Virus record (IMG/VR): IMGVR_UViG_3300030098_000471
Coordinates: 1-61,077 of that record
Length of the DNA: 61,077 bases
Reading direction: 5' to 3' (one strand)
Origin: a virus
Lineage: Duplodnaviria > Caudoviricetes
Shown piece by piece: positions 56,716 to 61,077 of the stretch. Positions within the stretch are counted from its first letter, which is position 1. Every line of letters begins with the position of its first letter. A program made the translations under genes and the position numbers. Under the pieces are notes generated by a model. That model saw only the letters and a list, made by a program, of their open reading frames with translations. It had not been told where the DNA came from and did not search any database.

Positions 56716-56981
56716 GATGTTTCTGTTCCAAGACTAACATATCCTTTATACTTACCACTACTTGCTGAATATGCTATATCTCCTTTACGTGGTCTTCCTA
56801 TATTTGTTACTGTAACAACCGTATAAATATTTGTAGATGGAGCAGCATCAACATCTACATCTCTTGTTTGAAGTTCTGATACTAATAATGCTGCCCAACT
56901 TTCTACTGTGCTATATAACTCTCTTAATTCATCATTACTAATTCCATTAAAGTTTGTTGGAAATGTTGGGTATCTTGCCAT
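56697..56981 (-). CDS. Small tail-module protein
   Basis: Follows the putative tail nozzle gene. Confidence 0.55.
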   Translation of the reverse strand: MARYPTFPTNFNGISNDELRELYSTVESWAALLVSELQTRDVDVDAAPSTNIYTVVTVTNIGRPRKGDIAYSASSGKYKGYVSLGTETSWQNLN

Positions 56982-58822
56982 TATCTTTCCCCATCACCTT
57001 GCACCGCTAGTCTAACTTCTCCCCATTGCCAGCTTGCATTTTGTGAACTACAAGACACCCTTATTTTTGCTTGCCTTCCTCTTGCTCTAAAATTAACTTT
57101 ATCTGTTAGTTGTGTAACTTCAAATTCTTTTGTAGTGCTTTCACTACTTTCTGGATAATTCTTAGTTATAATTTTTACTTTTAGTTTTCCTGTGCTTAAA
57201 TCAAAATCAGGTATTAATCTATTCATATATAATATTTGGTTACCATCTTTAATATCAAAATCAGCAGACTCTATAAAAGAAGTAATAGTATTATTATTAG
57301 CAGTAAAATAATCTGGTGGCTCATTATTATAAAGTCTACTTTCATTTGAAGATACACCTGTAGTAATTGTATTACCAAATACTTGTTGATCTGCATATGT
57401 TGTAAAAATACCTGTACCATAAGTCCAGTAATTATTTTCAGGTGAGAATATCACATAACTATCACAGTCTGTAACTCCTGATTCATCTGAAGCATAGAGC
57501 CATATAATTTCTTTAAACTCTGAATTAATACCTGTAAATACTTTATCTTTATATTTTATATTAAGTCTATCAAATATATATTTTTTAACTGTACAATCCA
57601 ATGTTCTTACAGAACCATCATATTTATAAAAATTATCATACCCCATCCAATATGTGATACCATTATAATCTACTGCTGCATGTGGTGCAATCATACCACA
57701 GTTTGTACCAGCCTGTGTAAACTTAAATGTAAATGGTGGTCCTGCAAACTGCATTAACCAAAGAGCATTATCTGTCCATATATTAATAGCAGTTCTTGAA
57801 CGTACACCCCCTACAATCCTAGTACCATCAGTTAAAACTACCTCACCAGATGTAGAACTTACTGAAGGAACCCAATTAGTACGATCATCTTGGTCAGACC
57901 AACGTACCAGCATGGGATTAAATGTACCACTCACAGTAGCAGTAGGAGAATACTCATTGGCTCCCAAGGCTATTAAGTGTCTATCATTGGGCGATACAAC
58001 AATTGAGTTGACACTAATAGGAGAAGTTGTTATAGATGTAGCTCTAACAGGTACAGTAGAAGCATCACTATCAAAATAATATATATTACTTCCATTTCTA
58101 TTTGCTACAACATCATCGCCCCAATTATCAAGACTCCATTGTGTTATATCAAAAACAATATCAGTAGCATCTGCACTGGCTGCTTGATTCCATGCTCTTG
58201 TATCAGAAGCACATACAGTGGCTTGATAAAGAGCAGCACCATAACCTGTACCACCAACAGCTATTGAATTACCTGTGGGTATCAGATAATTAAATGTAGC
58301 TGACCCTACATCACTTCCTGTAGCATTTGCAGCATCTGTTACAGAGATTGTAAATACAGCAGCACTGTCTACCGATACAATTTGATAAGTGTTGCCTTGT
58401 AGACTAACATTATTAAATGCTGCTGAAGATGTAAATGCAACATAATCTCCAACACTTCTACCATGTGCTGCATCAGAACAACAAACTCTAGTTGTGCCAG
58501 AAGAAGTACCAAAACAATTTGTTAAAGTAACGGCTGTAGTAATTGGCGTTATATCTACAATTCTATCACCATCATGTTCATAGAGTTTATTAGGTGTACC
58601 AAACACAGCCCTCTTTTTACTATTAGCACTTTTATATGTAATTAAATCTCTAGCATTCCCATCAAATGTAGCACTAACTTTTGTTTCATACCCACGCATG
58701 TTCTCAGGTTTACCTGCACGAAATCGAACACGGTCACCATCATACCACTTACCTTGTTCTTCATATTGAGTAGATTCTCTATGAAGACCTTGTTTAAGTT
58801 TAATTTTACGTAACTCAGTCAT
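56981..58822 (-). CDS. Tail nozzle / DNA stabilisation protein (P22 gp10-like)
   Basis: WYDGDRVRFRAGKPE, WSLDNWG, VRWSDQD, RARGRQ. Confidence 0.75.
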   Translation of the reverse strand: MTELRKIKLKQGLHRESTQYEEQGKWYDGDRVRFRAGKPENMRGYETKVSATFDGNARDLITYKSANSKKRAVFGTPNKLYEHDGDRIVDITPITTAVTLTNCFGTSSGTTRVCCSDAAHGRSVGDYVAFTSSAAFNNVSLQGNTYQIVSVDSAAVFTISVTDAANATGSDVGSATFNYLIPTGNSIAVGGTGYGAALYQATVCASDTRAWNQAASADATDIVFDITQWSLDNWGDDVVANRNGSNIYYFDSDASTVPVRATSITTSPISVNSIVVSPNDRHLIALGANEYSPTATVSGTFNPMLVRWSDQDDRTNWVPSVSSTSGEVVLTDGTRIVGGVRSRTAINIWTDNALWLMQFAGPPFTFKFTQAGTNCGMIAPHAAVDYNGITYWMGYDNFYKYDGSVRTLDCTVKKYIFDRLNIKYKDKVFTGINSEFKEIIWLYASDESGVTDCDSYVIFSPENNYWTYGTGIFTTYADQQVFGNTITTGVSSNESRLYNNEPPDYFTANNNTITSFIESADFDIKDGNQILYMNRLIPDFDLSTGKLKVKIITKNYPESSESTTKEFEVTQLTDKVNFRARGRQAKIRVSCSSQNASWQWGEVRLAVQGDGER

Positions 58823-58828
58823 TTACTA

Positions 58829-59827
58829 TTACTTTAAATCGTTTACCATTACACCATCAACTTTATCAGTAGCTCTTACAGAAAATACTAATAAGTCAAC
58901 AGAACCTCCTGCTGCAGTTAAAACAGGGTCAGACCCACCTGCAAATTGAAATACAGAATTATATCCAAGAGTACGACTTCCTGTTGAATCTTGTATACAA
59001 TAAATATGTCCTGTTTGTCCTACTGTTAAATTAGTAGGAGCCGCTAATGTTCTATTATCAGTTAGCGTTACAACAAACTGATTATTAGTAGCCATATTCA
59101 TAACAATACTTGCTGCATCTGTAAGTGTTGTTATTGCTTGATGTACAGGCGCACCTGAAGCTAATGTTACGGCTCCTTCAAAACGTGTTGTACTTTTATT
59201 TACTTGCGCTCCTTCTACTGTTACAGTGCTTTTAAAATTAGATGCACCTGATACAGTAACTGTAGAATTAAATTTAGCAGCACCTTCTACAGATACAGCA
59301 CCTTTAAAAGTACCTGCACCTACTACCGTTACTGTACTACCTATTTGGGCCGTACCCCCTACAAATAAATTATCAGCAACACAAACATTATTTGGTAAAA
59401 GATTAGCACTTCTTACTGAAGCTCCATCACAAACAACATGTTGAAATGTAGTAGATGACCTTCCTAGAGTAACACCAGTATTACCTGCCACTCGCATCAT
59501 AACAACATCACTATCATTATTAGCAGATACTTTATTTAATACAGCATAGGATTTACTATTATTAGGGACAACAAGAAAGATTGAAGTTGCTACTCCTCCA
59601 ACTGAACCTTTAATTTCCAAGAAAGCTTTACGTGATTGGTCATCAGCACCATCATTATTTGTTAGGTTTACTGTTGCAGCACTACCAATAGATATAGTAG
59701 TATAACCTGCTATAGCTTCATCAGCAAGACTAATAACACCATCATTTAAAATCTGACCCCAACTATTAGGATTTTCTCCATCACCCTGTTTAGTTAGTCT
59801 TAGATTAGTTGTATATGTACTTGCCAT
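58829..59827 (-). CDS. Tail fibre / tail protein
   Basis: MASTYTTNLRL...GENPNSWG; VTVSGA repeats shared with 504..3311; C-terminal QDSTGSRTL. Confidence 0.7.
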   Translation of the reverse strand: MASTYTTNLRLTKQGDGENPNSWGQILNDGVISLADEAIAGYTTISIGSAATVNLTNNDGADDQSRKAFLEIKGSVGGVATSIFLVVPNNSKSYAVLNKVSANNDSDVVMMRVAGNTGVTLGRSSTTFQHVVCDGASVRSANLLPNNVCVADNLFVGGTAQIGSTVTVVGAGTFKGAVSVEGAAKFNSTVTVSGASNFKSTVTVEGAQVNKSTTRFEGAVTLASGAPVHQAITTLTDAASIVMNMATNNQFVVTLTDNRTLAAPTNLTVGQTGHIYCIQDSTGSRTLGYNSVFQFAGGSDPVLTAAGGSVDLLVFSVRATDKVDGVMVNDLK

Positions 59828-59862
59828 TTAACATCTCCTGATATAATATCCAAATCATTTAT

Positions 59863-60621
59863 TTATCCTTGTGTACCTGTAATTGTACCATTATTTGTAA
59901 CTGTTACTGTATTAGAGTTCTTTTTAACTGCGTATCCTGCAGAACCACCAGTACCACCTGTTCCTTGAGAAGTACCTACTGATGCTGCTGAACCATTGCT
60001 TCCTGATGCACCATAATTACCACCATCACCACCATCACCTGAAGTTGCAGAAGAGCCACCACTAGTCTCACTTCCACCTGCTCCACCACTTGTAGCAGCA
60101 TTTGTACCAGCACCACGACCACCAAGACCACCTTGAATACTGACTGGGTCATCGGTATCTTGTTCGCCAAAGGCTCCACCTCCACCACCTCCACCCCCAC
60201 CACCTGCGAGGACAGAAGCACCAGAGTTTACAACAAGAGTAGCATTACAAGCAAATGACATAGCATCACCACCATCTCCACCATTACCACCATTGGCTTG
60301 TGATTGTTGTTCACTACCACTACCTCTAGTACCACTAGCACCACCATAGCCTTTAATATCACCACTGATATATACTATTACAGTATGTATACTACCAATA
60401 GTTCCTGTTTGCCATGCTGGACCTTCAAGATTAGTACCGGGTTCTGCAGAAGTTAAAGTCACACCAGAGTTTAATCTGTAGGTAATCTTTGTTGGTATAT
60501 CATTATCAAATCCTGCTGCATCAAGTAATGTTCTGAGATTAACATTCTCAGCATCAGAGGTAGTAGTAATATCAATACCACCACCCATAGACATCATTAC
60601 ACTTCTTTGAAATCCTGACAT
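59863..60621 (-). CDS. Gly-rich receptor-binding adhesin (gp38-like)
   Basis: GYGGASG, GGNGGDGGDA, GGGGGGGGGG, GGSAGYAV motifs. Confidence 0.65.
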   Translation of the reverse strand: MSGFQRSVMMSMGGGIDITTTSDAENVNLRTLLDAAGFDNDIPTKITYRLNSGVTLTSAEPGTNLEGPAWQTGTIGSIHTVIVYISGDIKGYGGASGTRGSGSEQQSQANGGNGGDGGDAMSFACNATLVVNSGASVLAGGGGGGGGGGAFGEQDTDDPVSIQGGLGGRGAGTNAATSGGAGGSETSGGSSATSGDGGDGGNYGASGSNGSAASVGTSQGTGGTGGSAGYAVKKNSNTVTVTNNGTITGTQG

Positions 60622-60821
60622 TACTTAACTTTTGGCCTTTCAACACATTTTCCTGTTTTTATTTCTGCATTAACTGAACTATTAACTATAGCTTTTACCT
60701 GTGCTTTATAAATTTCACATTGATATTTTTCTGGAAATGGACCTATCACAGCTTTTTCTTCCACAGGTATATTCATAGGAGAAAGTGTAAGAAAAGCTAT
60801 GACTGATATATAATAAAACAT
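60621..60821 (-). CDS. Small secreted/membrane protein (also present, 3'-truncated, at 1..195)
   Basis: Hydrophobic N-terminus, GPF...C...C. Confidence 0.55.
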   Translation of the reverse strand: MFYYISVIAFLTLSPMNIPVEEKAVIGPFPEKYQCEIYKAQVKAIVNSSVNAEIKTGKCVERPKVK

Positions 60822-61077
60822 TTAAATTAAACTTTCCCTTTCTATCATTTCTTTCCAATCTTCTTTAATAGTTTCTGTCCATAAAGCATTAGCTATTGAC
60901 TGTACTGATGCGTCTTCTCCACTTATATCTGTATCTGTGTGTGTCCAACTACCATCAGAATTTTTAACAGATGAATATGGAATAATAGAATGTCTATGTG
61001 GAACTCTTGAAATTTCAACACTATCTTCTTTAACAATAGTATCTACTCTTACAGATATTGCTCCGCTAGTTGGATTT
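60627..61077. repeat. Terminal direct repeat / circular overlap, copy 2
   Basis: Matches 1-451. Confidence 0.95.

Noticed and set aside
1-61077. Prophage, integrase, tRNA genes or phage RNA polymerase
   Set aside because: No recombinase or single-subunit RNAP motifs in any ORF, no host flanks, and no cloverleaf recognised by eye; tRNAscan-SE would be needed to exclude tRNAs formally

Overview
The window appears to be an essentially complete genome (about 60.6 kb) of an AT-rich, lytic, podovirus-like dsDNA phage. Bases 1-451 recur at 60627-61077 with 11 substitutions, so the contig is circular or terminally overlapping. There are two arms. The + arm (20.6-45.5 kb) carries small early genes, a T7-type primase-helicase, family A DNA polymerase, SSB, nucleases, class I RNR, a glycosyl/methyltransferase cluster, a holin, TerS and a DHODH-like gene. 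The - arm (45.6 kb to the end, then 1-20 kb) carries the virion genes: tail, internal proteins, MCP, scaffold, GroES, portal and TerL. I found no RNA polymerase, integrase, tRNA or CRISPR array; transcription appears to rely on sigma70-type promoters. A GcrA-like gene suggests an alphaproteobacterial, probably marine, host. The most notable observations are: (1) an HlyC/RtxC-family lysine acyltransferase with no RTX toxin, overlapping a 634-aa putative virion protein, which may be a virion-protein fatty-acylation system; (2) a recurrent xxGG motif across many late proteins, plus a C-terminal tag (GG..ERNPYxYxPRxI) shared by two otherwise dissimilar cargo-like proteins; (3) seven copies of the near-palindrome TTCTAGAAATTCTAGAA and a second RBS-containing repeat that bracket early genes like cassettes; (4) candidate structured RNAs and an unannotated ArfA-like peptide. 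All protein calls come from motif recognition by eye; no database searches were run.
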